64,000 nt of DNA from the human T2T-CHM13v2.0 reference genome, Homo sapiens: NCBI RefSeq assembly GCF_009914755.1, contig NC_060935.1, one strand, 5' to 3'. This document shows, piece by piece, positions 1-13,499 of this stretch. Below the pieces are notes generated by a model. It saw only the letters and a program-made list of their open reading frames with translations, ran no database searches and had not been told where the DNA came from. The translations under genes and the position numbers were made by a program. Each line of letters begins with the position of its first letter. The first letter of the stretch is position 1.

Positions 1-707
1 CTAATGAGGCAGAGTGAAATATTTCAAAGATATATACTAAACCCTAAGTGGATGCAAGATTTTAATGCCATTTGATAGCTGGTTGATAAGAGGTTAATAC
101 ACAAAACTCAAATTACCTACTTTATAACGTTCAAATCTATTATATCACCACCATTTTAGATATTCTATCTCAAGATACAGCCCCCATGAATGCCTTTTGA
201 GAAATTATGCTAATACTATGGTTCAGATAACGAAAGAAAAATCTCCAAATTGTATCCCACCAAGGTCAACCCTTTAAAAGTCTTGCTTTCTGCCTGAGAC
301 ACAGAATTTGTCTCTATGTGACTAACCTCAGAAGTAAGTATTCTTTTACAAAACATCCCCTCCCCACACCCCTCTATATGCATGAAGGTGTCATATCGTC
401 ATTATGTAGTAAGTTTTATGATAGTATACCACATCATAAACATAGAATCTTTTAAGCAGTAGTTTCATATATTCTCACTAATAAGGGCTTCCTTGCGTCA
501 ATACTTTGCATTGAAATTTTTGAAAGAAAATCAACTGTTTTGTTTTATCTCCATGGTGCTAGTACAGTGCTGAGTACACAGTATATGGTGAGATAATCCA
601 TGTTGACTTGAATCGATATTCACCATTTCTTATCTGGACTCTCTCCATAGGAATGTCTTCCTGAATGCTTATGCTAACTTTAATTTTATGAGCTTACAAT
701 TTTGTTT

Positions 708-738
<31 letters not shown>
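708..738. repeat. (TA)n microsatellite
   Basis: Run of TA dinucleotides with one G interruption. Confidence 0.9.
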
Positions 739-3300
739 CTACTGACAGCAATTTATCTTACTGAATATACAGAACATATAAGTGTATATATATGATCAGA
801 ACATGTAGAAGGAAACTATCAAGATTAACATTGGTTGACATTAGGTTCTGGGAGTCTTAGTTTTTATCTTTAAAAAAAGTGAACTTTAGAATAAAAAAAA
901 GAAGAAAAGAAAACTGAACCTTTAATCTGAGGAAAATTAGAGTGCTCTGGCAGTACCTGGGTTAGGGTAAGCAAGGAGATTTGCCTTTTACATAGAACTT
1001 TGAGCTAGCTGGACTATGTGTTTCGAGGGCTACAGAAAGGTCCATGATGGTTTACCTCAAAGCCCTTTTCAGGATGGAGATGGTATATCATTATGTAAAT
1101 TAGACCTACATCAGGGTGTTAGGTCATGTGCTAGTACCAGGAAGAAAAAAAAATCCTGATATAATAGTACACATCCTGTTTCCATCAGAAGACAAAAAGT
1201 TGTTTGTACATGTGGGTAACCTGTCAATGGTCATACTGGTCTAGCTTTGGTGGACCAAAATGATGGGCATTTCAAATTTAGGAAAAGAATACTTTAAGAA
1301 AGCAACTGAAGAGTTTTTTTACTTGTGATTTTAAACACAGAAATGCAACTTTTCCCCCATCATCAACTTGATGAACTGGGAAAATACATTTTAGAAGCTA
1401 TAAATGCCTCAAAACGAAGAGAACACTCTTCTGCCAGAGTGGAAAAATGATGAACTGCAGAAGACATGGATAGTCATAAATTCTCATAGGTCAGAGGTTA
1501 GTGCCAGTGCACTTTCTCACAGAAAATCACTAACTCACAAATCTGTATGTAAAAATCCAGAAGGAGATGCTGATGAACTCAAAGTTATGTATCTTAACTC
1601 TACATTCTAGCTATGTAAAGCCTAAAGCACATTTTAATTTATTGAAAAATAAAATAAATAGAAGGACATAAGAGAACATCACCAAGATCATTAGGAAACC
1701 CAATGTCAAGCCCTGGCCCTGTCTTTTACTGGTTCTACAAATGGACACTTAAAAACTTGAAAGATATAAGATAAAATATATAAATCATATTAACAAATTT
1801 AAATAGAGAAACAAACCCTCCTAACATAAGACAAGTATTGTTATATTGGTCAAATCAATATTCAGTCATATGCAGTTGGTAGGAGTCTCACTGCAAACAA
1901 AATATTATATTAAGATTCAGAATAAAACTAAAAGTGAGTATACAAGAGAAATCCAAGCAACAACAAAATCACATCCATGGTAAAAGAATTAAATGGGATA
2001 AAGCATTATCTCTAAATTATAAAAGTTGAAAAATGAAATAAAGCTCTAACAATTAAATGACATATGCTGGAAAAAAATATCCCTGTAGTATATTTTCCCA
2101 TGGACAGAATAACATTCTCAGCAGAGCAGCTCCAGAATTTCTAGGCATAAGGAGCTTAGGAACAGTGATAAGGTGGGAGAAGAGAGCCAGGAGAATATAT
2201 TAAAATTATGTTTGCACAGCAAATACACTTATTCAGATTGCGTGTTACAAATCAATCTAAAAAAAGATAGTGAAGTTTTCCAAAGATCCTTTAAGTCACA
2301 CCTAACATAGGATTGAGACAAAATTAATTGCTTATGTTGAAAAATATTGTACTTATCTTGAGGACTACGTTGTAGGGACAAGGGATTGATGGCCTGAGCA
2401 GCAGAAAAAAACAAAAGTTGGAATTTAGAAAAAAGATACGAAAATAGCTTCTTCTGCAGTCCCCAAACCAGATCTGCTGTTCGGGACAAACTAATGGAAT
2501 ATTCATCATTTATCTCCTGTTACTTTGTCAGGTGCTTGGCTTGTGTTGATATAATCAAACTGGACAAGCAATTAACATTTTTTTTCTAGTTGCGTTCAGA
2601 TCAATTCTTTAATAATTCAGTATTTTGCTTGTGACTACCTTATCATCCAAATTATATAGATAGTCCTTTCTGAAAGCCAAACGGCATCCAAGTTAATTTC
2701 TTATCTAAGTGTAGATACTAGATATAGATGTTAGTTTCCTCAACACTCTGTGTAAAGATATAATGTAATATTAGCCAGTGGGCAAGAACAGGTATATGAA
2801 ATAAATATAATTGTTTTTACATCCTGATAAAACAGTAGCTACGCAGCTCAACTCAAGAAGAATAACCTGGATAATATTTCAGGACTGATAAAAGCATGCT
2901 CATTTTTTGACACAAATTTTGCCATGGAATCTTGGTGTTCATACTATAGATATAAAGCTGGGCTAATCTTGTGTTTACTGTCAAAATAATAAAGTTACTA
3001 AAGTGTTCCAGGGATGGTTCTAAATCCTCTATAAATATTAATTCACTTAATTCTCACAGTCGTCTTCCAAGACACATTCCTTTATCTACAGACATCATTG
3101 AGGTAACTGAGGTGCAAAAAGAATCACATAGCAGTAAGTCAAAATGCTCAAATTCACACCTCAGCAACCTTATGTCTTATTTAAGCCCTTGGCTACGGCA
3201 TTATATGGCTTCATCTTAGGATCCATTTAGTAGATGCATCTTTGATTTATGTTTCATTTCAGTAAACAGTTCCCTGTTTCGTCTATAAAATAAATGATTA

Positions 3301-5545
3301 CAGACATATCTCATTTTATAACTCTTTGCTTTATTGTGCTTTGCAGATATTGAATTTTTTACATATGGAAAGTCTATGGCAACCCTGTGTTGGGCAAATT
3401 TATTGGTGCCACTTTTTTTTCAACACTATGCGCTCACTTCCTGTTTCAGTGTCACATTTTAGTAATTTTCACAATGTTTTAAATTTTTCATTGTTATTAT
3501 ATCTGTTATGGTGATCTGGGACCAATGATCTTTGATCTTATTATTGTAATTGTTTTGGGGTGCCACAAACCAAGCCCTTATAAGACAGCATACATAATAG
3601 ATAAATGTGTGTTCTCACTGCTCCACTCACTGGCTGTTCCCTTGTCTTTCTCCCTCTACTTGGACCTCTCTATTCCCTGAGACAAAACAATATTGAAATT
3701 AGGCCAATTAATAACCCTACAATGGCCTTTAAGTTTGCCAGTGAAAGGAAGAGATGCACGTCTCTCACTTTAAATTAAAAACTAGAAGTGATTAAACTTA
3801 GTGAGAAAGGCATGTTGAAAGCCAAGATAGATATGTTAAAAGCTAGGCCTCTTGTGCCAAACAATTAGCCAAGTTGTGAATGCAAAGGAAAAGCTCTTGA
3901 AGGAAATTAAAATGCCACTCCAGTAAAGACATGAATGATAAGAAAATGAAACAGCCTTATTGCTGATATGAGGAAAGTTTTAGTGCTCTGTATAAAAGAT
4001 CAAGCAAACCACAACATTCCCTAAATGAAAGACTAATCCAGACCAATGTTCTAATTGTCTTCATTTCTATAAAGGCCTGAAGGTAAAAAAAAAGAAAAAA
4101 AAAAACTTGCAGAAGAAAAGCTTGAAGCTAGCGGAGGCTGGTTAATGAGGTTTAAGGAAAGAAGCCATCTCCATAAAATAAAAGTGCAAGGTGAAGCAGC
4201 AAGTGCTGATGGCTGATGTAGAAGCTACAGCAAGTTATCCAGAATATCTGGCTAAGATAATTGACAAAGGTGGCTACACCAAACAACAGACATTTCGTGT
4301 CAAGGAGACAGCCTTATACTGGAAAAAAGATGCCATCTAGAACTTTCATAGCTAGAGAGAAAAAGACAATGTCTAGTTTCAAAGCTTCAAAGTTTTATGC
4401 CTGTGTTCTATAAATGGAACCACATAGTCTGGAAGATAGCATATCTGTTTACAGCATGGTTTATTGATATTTTCATCCAATTGTTGATATCTTCTGCTCA
4501 GAAAAAAAGATTCCTTTCAAAATATTACTGTTCATTGACAATGTCCCTGGTCACCCAAAAGCTCTGGTAGGAGATATACAAAGAGATTAATGTTTTCAGG
4601 GCTACTAATACAACATTCATTCTGTAACCTATGGATCAAAGAATAATTTTTATTTTCAAGTCTTATTATTTAGGAAATACATTTTGTAAGGCTATAGCTG
4701 ACATAGTGATTCCTCTGATAAATCTGGACAAACTATTTTGAAAACCTTCTGAAAAGGATTTACTATTCTAGATGCCGTTAAGAACATTTGCAATTCATGG
4801 GAGGAGGCCAAAATATCAACATTAACAGGAGTCTGCAAGACGTTCATTCCAACCATTATGGATGATTTTGAGGAGTTTAAGAGCTCAGTGAGGGAAGTAA
4901 CTGCAGATGTGGTAGAAAAAGCAAGAGAATTAGAATCAAAAGTGGTGCCTGAAAATACAATTGAGTTGCTGCAATCTTAGGATCAAACTTTAATGAGAAG
5001 TTGCTTCTTACGTATGAGCAAAGAAGGTGATTTCTTGAGATTTAGAATATTCCATAAACTTAGTTGATAAAGCAGTGGCAGAGTTTGCAGATTGATTCCA
5101 AACTTGCAAGAAGTTTTACTGTGGGTAAAACGCTATCAAACAGCATCACATGCCACCGAGAAATCTTTCATAAAAGGAAAAGTCAATTAATGTGGCAAAT
5201 TGCATTGTTTCTTTATTTTAAGAAATTGCCACAGATACCCCAACCTTCAGCAACTACCACCTTCACCATTCAGCAGCCATCGACATTGAGAAAAGACCCT
5301 CCACTACAAAAAAAGATTATGACTTGCTGTAGGCTCAGAAGATGGTCAGCATTTTTTACCAAAAAAAAAAAAGTATTTTTAAATTTAGGATGTAATTTTT
5401 TCAGACAGAATGTTACTGCACACTTAACAGACTATGGTATAATGTAAACATAATTTTTATATGCACTGAGAAACCAAAAATTTCTTTTGCAACTGGATTT
5501 ATTAAGATACTTCCTTTATTGCAATGTTCTGGAACCAAACGCACA
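3301..5545 (+). mobile_element. Tigger1 (TcMar-Tigger DNA transposon), near full length, decayed
   Basis: Begins TA|CAGACATATCTCATTTTAT, matching the Tigger1 5' TIR after a TA target. Body matches recalled transposase sequence (GAAGCAGCAAGTGCTGATG, GATGCCATCTAGAACTTTCATAGCTAGAGAG). Ends at CTGGAACCAAAC about 20 nt short of the 3' TIR. Internal deletions near 4393 and 5041. Confidence 0.93.
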
Positions 5546-7134
5546 CTCTCTCTTTTCTCTTGATAGTCAGAATTTTTATCTTACTTGTTGCTAGTCTAGT
5601 GCTTGTGAAGCACATGAAGGCACTCAGTAAGTAGTTTTGTAACAAAAATAATAATGTAGCAAGTGCCTAATTCGACATAACCTAGATCACAGGGGATATT
5701 CTATTTGTCTCTAATTATTTCACTGCATAACAATACAATTACTATATTTTTAAAATAAAGACTTAGAAAAAAAGAAGGAAGAAAAATCCCCTACTCTCAA
5801 AAATGATAGCCGAAGCATTGTCATATCATGTCAAAAATTTCAAAGCAAAGCAAGCTTGTATTAGTACTACCGGAGGGTACTTGACCTTGGGAAAACTTAG
5901 AGTTGACAGGTACCAAAGGAATAGCAAATGCTCCATTTTCTGACTCAGTCTTCAATTACTCTGATGAGCAATTAAAATGCTAATTAAAAAACAATCTAAA
6001 ACTTAGCACTCAGAAGGTTATGAAATAATGCACTCATATGTCGTAGATGTAGACAACTAATAAGGTCACCAAACAACAGTTAATAAGAAAAGTTAAATCA
6101 TCACAATAATTTTAACGTTAAAACATTTTTATGCAGTTACAATTCCATAGGCATCATCAACCTCCAGCTAAGTAAATATAGTTTATTTATTTGTTGTAAC
6201 TTTCTCCTAGGAAAACAACTATTTTACTAAAATTCAACAATCATAGGAATAGTCTAGGCAATTTTCCTAAAGACAGAGTAATAGAATATTGATAACCCAA
6301 TGTGAATATTGTTGAGGGCCATGGAGTTTTTGAATTTGCTATTTTAATACCCAGGCATTGGGCATTGTATTCTTTGTTCACAATTGCTCTTGAGAGAGAG
6401 TTCTAATAGTTTTGAATTATTTAGTTTTTCTTCATGTTGCTATCTCATTCAAGTACCACTGGAATGGTGTTTTTAATCTACAGTGTATAAAAATTAAAGT
6501 ATTAATTAAAACTCAAACAGTAATTTAGAAGTTAATGATGAGAATCCTCATCTATAAGGAAGGTAGGCTGCATGAGGGAAGAAAACTCCTAGCCACTGTG
6601 ACCTGCTCATGGCCTAGCACAAAGGGATGCCATTTGTTGAGGAAACCAATTCACATAAACAAAAATTATTTTAACCAAATGTAATCCCCTCTAGAAATGT
6701 CATTCTTTAAACTGGAAGGATCATCCATTTTTTTTTAAAGCTATATTTTATGATTAAAATATAAATATTTAAATGCTAACTAACCTGGTAACTAACTCCA
6801 GCATATTCAGATAAGCAAATATCAATCTAAGCATTAAAAAAATATTCTACAAACATTGGCAAAGAGATGGGGCCAAGGTCTTGAAAAGTTTGGTTTCAAA
6901 ATAGACTTTTGATTAAATAGTAAGAATCTATGTTTCTTTCTATTTAATCTGCAAATGTATACTCTCTCAAAATCCATCTATTTGCTCTATTTCCACTTCC
7001 AGCAGCTTCGCCTCAGAATTATTGCAATTTCATTTTCTCTTGTCTACTTAACTTTAGCTTCTCTCTCACTTAAATTTATTCTACACAATGTTATCACTTT
7101 CCTTTCTAAAACAGGACATATTTTTAGTATTCAC

Positions 7135-7135
<1 letters not shown>

Positions 7136-7169
<34 letters not shown>
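7136..7169. repeat. (CA)n microsatellite
   Basis: About 17 perfect CA units. Confidence 0.95.
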
Positions 7170-7171
<2 letters not shown>

Positions 7172-8199
7172 AAATGGGAATGAAACAGGATCAAGTCTAA
7201 ACTCCACCTTGCCATTCAAAGCCTTGAAGAGGGCCTCAATTCCTCCAGTGTCTTTCAACATACTAGTTGCTAATTTATCCAATAATTTTACTTTTCTGAC
7301 TCTTTATTCATGTGTTTGTTCCCTTATGCTTGGAATGTTTTTTTTTCTTTCCCATGGGGGCAAATATATTACTTGATCTTTTCTACTGAAACAAGATATT
7401 ATTTTCCTATAAATTATTTTATGGGATGAAGAAGATCCTCCTCTGATGTCCATAGAGAAGGTGTGGAGTAGACACATGATTATAAGATAAATTGATAATT
7501 TATCCAGATATGAGACTCAGCATCACACATTTATATGTATATACATTCACGTATATATGTCTTCATATACTTATGCACTTATGAAATACACTGCCAGAAA
7601 TACTTTAACAATTAGCTGTTTGTTTTATCCAAAAGAGATTTTAACTAAGACATGGTTTGTACAGTTGATGCAAAAGCCTGTTTTTAGTAGCTAAGATATT
7701 TCCCAAACTAGTCGACTACATTACGATTGAATAGATGTGCTGACAAAGCAGCAGGTTTTACATGTAGTAGCATTTTTGTAAACCAGATAGGAGGAGTTTC
7801 CAAACTCAAAGACTTTTAAGGTGTGTACACATAGCATATGCAGTCTGTAAGGCAGTGGATGATAAGTTGTTTATAGGCTTATACAAGCACAACACCTCTC
7901 TAGTTTTATGTCCTTTAAAACAATATGTGGGCCTATCAGTCAAGCAAAATATATTCTAAGGGGTATATTGCTCAACAGCTGCTGGTTTGAGAGCACTGAC
8001 ATTACCATTTTCATTTAGACTGCTAGCATTTTTAGTTTTAACTTTCTGTGATGACTATGTGTTCAATTCAATTTTGAATACAACTATATTTACAAATTAT
8101 AATGATCAAATGATTTAAGAGTAACACAGAGAATGTTGGTTCATTTAACCTTGTAATTACATTAGCTTTGGTAAGACTGCTCGGCAGCTTCTATCAGTG

Positions 8200-8410
8200 A
8201 TTCATAACAACAAATATTTATTAAGTATCTACTGTTTGTAGAACAGGACTGATACCTGGAGATTAGAAGATAAATCGCACTTGATCTCTGCATGTAAGAG
8301 ATTTAACTGTGTGGAAGACTATTGTAAATAGGTAATGTCAACATAGAATATTCTAGCACACTATAATCATTCAATATACGCTTGTTTAAATAATGTGTAA
8401 ATGAATAAAT
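8200..8410. mobile_element. L2 3'-end remnants
   Basis: TTCATAACAACAAATATTTATTAAGTATCTAC (minus-type L2 tail) and AATGAATAAATG (plus-type tail). Confidence 0.45.
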
Positions 8411-11400
8411 GGTGTAAGTGTGGAAAAGATGGTCCGGGAAAACACAAGGAAGCCAACACAAGCCAAGGTATGTAGGAAGAAAGTGAGAAAATAGGTCCAT
8501 AAGAAAGATAACTCTTGGGAACCATCCAAGGATAAATAGAAATTTGTCAGGCCAAGAAGGGAAGCTTGATACTGCAGGGTGAACAAACTTCAAAAGGAAA
8601 ATAGCGTCCAGAAAGGTAACTAACTTGGTATGTACATTTTGCAATTCAGTGCTCATCTCTTTTTAAATTGCCATCTATCATAAAGGCTGTAAGAAAAAAT
8701 ATGCATAATTAATTTTGGCAATAAGTAACTGCTAGCTTGAAATATGAAAAACAGCAGTGAAAAAGGCAGAGCTGTGCAGAAAACAATGGGACATATTTTC
8801 TATGCATTTTCATTCATTATTTTTGCATGCAGAGCTATGCAGCTATTCCTCAAGAGAACGGAGTCAAAATATTAAACCTAAGGGAGAAAATAGGTGAGTA
8901 ATTCTGTGCAAGAAGCCTCAGAAGAAATCCTCAAGGCTTCTGAAATTTTGCATTTGATTATGTTCAGACCTGTATCATAACCCTCAATGACACCCTTAGG
9001 GACTGACCTTCTTTCACTGTATCAAAAGCCTAGACAGAATTGCAGGAGGGAGCGTTTCACAACACCAGAGACCTTGTGTAAATCTCCCAACCAAAAGTCA
9101 TAGAACATGCTAAAGTGACAATCATAACTCTTTTCTTGCCATCGAACACCAACAAAGCAGTAAGAAGACATAGACTGAGTAGCTAAATCATCAGCCGCTT
9201 GGTGAAACCTTTCAAATAGTAGACCTTGTTTTCTACCATCGTGTTTGATTTCAAGATACATTTCTTACTTAAAATATGCATAAGTGTACTTGGAACAAAA
9301 CCAAAATCAGAATATGAGAAATAAAATGTGTATGTATATAAATCTGTGGGGCACTGTTATACACACACATACACACACATATATATATACACATACATAT
9401 ATATTATATATGTAGTTATACACACTCTAAAACTTTCATTATATATGAGGCCAGCTATTAGGTTTAAAACCACTTAAAAATGCATTTGCCCTCCTAAAAT
9501 TTTTCTGGCTTTGAAAACCCTGTGCTTCTCTCTTGCTTTTTCCTTATCTCACTTTAATTAGGCTTGCTGAAGAAAACGTAAGACACATTGGTATAAATTA
9601 CCAATGCAGAACTTTGTCCAAGATACTGCTCACACCAAGTAGCTTTTAAGAAAACTCATGCTATTGCTTTCACGTGGCTGCTTAGAGCTGAAGGCCTCTC
9701 CACCTGAAGTTGATTTTATTTAAAATGGCTAGTAGGTATTTGTACAGTGTGGCTGAAAAGGCCGAAGGTTGAGCAATGGCCCACAGTTACTACAGAAGCT
9801 ACCATTACTATAGTTATTGATAACATCTGCTACCATTCTGCTTCCTATCTGGACTATAGACTCTTAGGGCTGTGCCAATTCACTTCTGTATGACGAGCAC
9901 TAGTGTAGTGCTTAATCTCTTATGGGCACCCGGTATATCTTTGCTAAATAAAAATAAAATATCTAATGATTATACAGTACAAAAGACTACTTATGTATGT
10001 TACATCCTTTAAACTGTAAAACAGACATTTTAGAGATTATAATTTACGCATGATGAAAAAGTGGCTCAGGGTGTATATTGCTTGACAAGTTCATTCAGTG
10101 GACAAATCATAGATCTAATGTTATAACTCAGGTCCCCTGAATGTTATACTACCCACTGTGGCAGCTTGGCACAAAATAAACTATTCCAGGTCCATTTTAA
10201 AATCAATTCAAGCTCGGTATTGGGACATGCTGGATGCTTACTAAATCCAGTGGGTAGAAAAGAGAAAGCTAAGATCAGGCAAAATTTGGATTCAAATGCC
10301 AGTTGGCAACAGATATGCACCTCAATTTGGAAAATCATCAGTCTAAGTAGCCAAGTTCTAGAAAGAGCAGCATAAATTGGGCTGTTCCCCAATCTACAGA
10401 GGTATGGAAACATGCCAGAGTTCTGATTCTGGATACATGCCAGAAGCTGTCTCTGGGTGAAGGTGATACAGGCAGGTTGTACTGTGATAACTTTGGTTAA
10501 AAAAGTACACCAGGGTTGGAGACAAAAACCTATGTCTTCAGAAAATTTCCTTGTGGCATAGCAGTTCAAGGCCCACCTAGGTTGAGAGCTCTCCAGTTGA
10601 GCTGGGGCTCAAGGAAGGAAACCAGGGATAAACAGAAGGAAAAAATAACCTGGGCATGTGAAACACACAATGGGAATTTTTGGGGAAAGCTGCAGTTTGA
10701 TGGACTTGTGAGAACCCAGGAGTTCATTCCAGACTCAATTCCAATCCTTCTGCCCCAGATTAATCTCAGACCCCCTGATGGGGTAGCCTGAGTTAGATTT
10801 GTGCTTATTGAGTCAAGAGTATTTGGAGCTGAATCTTTAGGTTGAGATCATATACATCACAATTCTGGGAAGCAATAACTTAGATGTTTCTTTTTTATTA
10901 TGCAATTAACACTCATCTAACTTTGTAATTCCAAAACATCCTTGAAAAATTCACCCCAACCTGAAGGTTCCCTATAAACCCTAACAGAGAAGGATTTGAT
11001 AAAACTTTCAACTGTGTGTGTGGTTTTTTTTTAGATCTATTGTTTTAACATTTCTACTGTGATAAAAATTGTTTTATAATTTGCAATATTGACTGCTTGT
11101 AATAAAATCTTTGGAAATTTTATGATATTTTCCAAAATTGGTTCATCAATGGGTCTGACTGGCCCAATGTCACTTTATAGTACAGATATTAAAATGTTGA
11201 AAATCTGTAGCCTGTGAAGGGAACCCAGTTATTATTATTCAATAGATATTATAGATGTCACTAATCATTTAGTAACTGAAAAAAGGGGGAAAAAAAACAC
11301 AAGCAGTAATACATTGCAATAAATTTTCACATCTGGGTTATAATTTAAATTAGTTATGGTGAATGCATTTGCTTTACTCATTTTAATCAAGCATTTATGA

Positions 11401-12065
11401 AGATAATTTCATTTTGTTGATCCAAGTAAACTATTAACTTATTCACTCATTCAGTCATAATCAACATACAAGCATCATTTTCATAAAAAGCATCATTTTC
11501 ATTAGCATTTTATAAAACTCATTCCTTGTTCTTGCACTAGAAAAAATATTCATCCTTAGCTGATACCATGAAACATTACCAGCACACTTTCTAAAACAGA
11601 AGGGTCTATTTTTTACATACTTAATTGTTAGTCTCTGTCTCCAATCACAACCTCATTCTTATGATTATCCTAGGGCCGGAGAATCTATGAGAGTGAGATC
11701 TAACTGGCTTGTTACGTGCTTAGGCTCCTCAAGGGGAATATTGAGGAAAAAAAATCCTGAAGTCATTTCAGAATTTAGTTATAGTGAAACTGGTCTGAAA
11801 AACTAGAACATGGGAAGATGAAAGAAGTCACAAGCATGAAGGTGAAATGGTTATTAACTAGAGTCTCAGGTATGCCTAAGCACTGAACAGAGAAAATATA
11901 AAGCAAAACTAGTCAATATAAAAGAAACGGGTCAATAAGGAAGGAATCAGAACACAGACAGCCACAAGCTTATGGATGAGTAAGGTACAGGGTTGAGCTG
12001 GGATACATCTCAGCCAAATCACTGGGCTTCCACTTATCCCGTGATGCTCCCAGAAAATTATATAC

Positions 12066-12165
12066 AGGGTGACCATTTCATCCTGGTTCACCTGAGACTT
12101 TCTGGTGAATACCCCACATCCTGGGAATCCTCTGAGTCCCAGACAAACTGGGCATTTGTCCACTG
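12066..12165. mobile_element. MER81/MER94-like hAT-Blackjack MITE
   Basis: AGGGTGACCA terminus with internal inverted symmetry (CCTGGTTCACCTGAGACT ... AGTCCCAGACAAACTGGG). Confidence 0.65.
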
Positions 12166-12635
12166 GTTTCATATATCCAAACCAATCTGGAGGCACTTTT
12201 GTAAAAGGCAGTGCCCAGAGTTGTTTTAAGACCCGGGGAAGCCAAGGCACTTATTTTTAGGGCATTTCTTCTAAGTCCTCCACATCTTATCAATCACATT
12301 AAAATGTACCAATATCCCACATTAAAGATAATGTGTAAATACAATATTTGAAATAAAAACATTGAAAGTATTTTATCAAAACTTCTTTTGAAATTAATTT
12401 GTCAAAAAGTACACAATTTAGAGTTGGGCATAATTTTGTGGCTGTGAACACTGTAAATGAGAAAAATTTAACCTACAAATCATTTTAGAATCTATGATTT
12501 TTAAGAATGACAAAAAATAAAAGAAAATTACCAAATTAGTAAAATTGATGTTATTGAGTTGATAGGTATTTATTTCTATTTTATTTTAGCATTAATAAAC
12601 CTTTATTTTCGAAGTCATCATTTTTGTTGACACAT

Positions 12636-12980
12636 TGCTATGGTTTACATGTGTCCTCCAAATGTTTATGTGTTGGAAACTTGGATTAATGGAATAAGGA
12701 GGGCTCTGCCCTCTTTAATGGATTACTGTTGCTATCATAGGAACAAGTCTTTATCCTGTGAGTGGCTTTATTATGAAAGCAAGCTCTCCCTGGCCAACTT
12801 GCCTTGCCTTCTCATCCTGTGATACCCTCTGCCATGTTATTATGAAGCAAGAAAGTCCTCACAAGATGATAGTGATACGCGTGCTCTTGGACTTTCTAGC
12901 CTCCAAAACTGTACAAAAAGAAATTCCTTATAAATTACCCACTGCTATTCTGTTATAGGAATGGAAAACAGACTAAGACA
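12636..12980 (+). mobile_element. MST-family (MaLR) solo LTR with internal deletion
   Basis: TGCTATGGTTT start, ACAGACTAAGACA end, 5-bp TSD CACAT/CATAT. Confidence 0.85.
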
Positions 12981-12996
12981 CATATGAACAATCCAA

Positions 12997-13235
12997 ACAC
13001 ACACACACACACACACACACCATATATATATATGTGTGTATATATATATATACACATATATATACAAAATATATGTGTGTATATATATATTTATATATAT
13101 AATATAAATTGGCTAAAACTTCCTTTTAAAAATTTGTCTTTTGTTGTTTTTCTAAAAAAATATGGTGACGTATATATATATATATATATATATGAGGTGA
13201 GAGTTATTATATATATATATGATATATATATATGT
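12997..13235. repeat. Compound (CA)n/(TA)n microsatellite interrupted by a 64-bp copy of 14585-14651
   Basis: CA then TA runs. 13106-13169 matches 14585-14651. Confidence 0.9.
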
Positions 13236-13499
13236 ATCAATGGATTGTTTGGTCTCTTCTCTTTTAGCCAACCAGATGGAGCATAGCGGCTATACAGTCT
13301 GATTTCATAGTGGTCAAGTATGCCACATCATAGTTTTTGTTCTCAGTTTCTATATTGGAAAAATATTCTAATATTAATTACATTGCCTGAGAACAAGTAT
13401 ATCCAAAATTTCCTTCATGGTTTCATGAAGCTGTCATGTTTTATTTTATACTATATGTTTGATAATTGTAATTTTGATTTTTTGGGGGTCGTTGGTATT

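Noticed and set aside
1760-2070. Possible very old L1M ORF2 remnant
   Set aside because: A-rich and suggestive, but too degraded to call confidently by eye.
5064-5447. 127-aa ORF
   Set aside because: Lies in the 3' part of the decayed Tigger1 and has a non-ATG start.
9022-10791. ORFs of 69-141 aa in unique DNA
   Set aside because: No recognisable protein similarity, mostly non-ATG starts and no consistent exon structure.
11470-11515. Short tandem duplications (also 43659-43685 and 58561-58584)
   Set aside because: Ordinary 12-18 bp slippage duplications.
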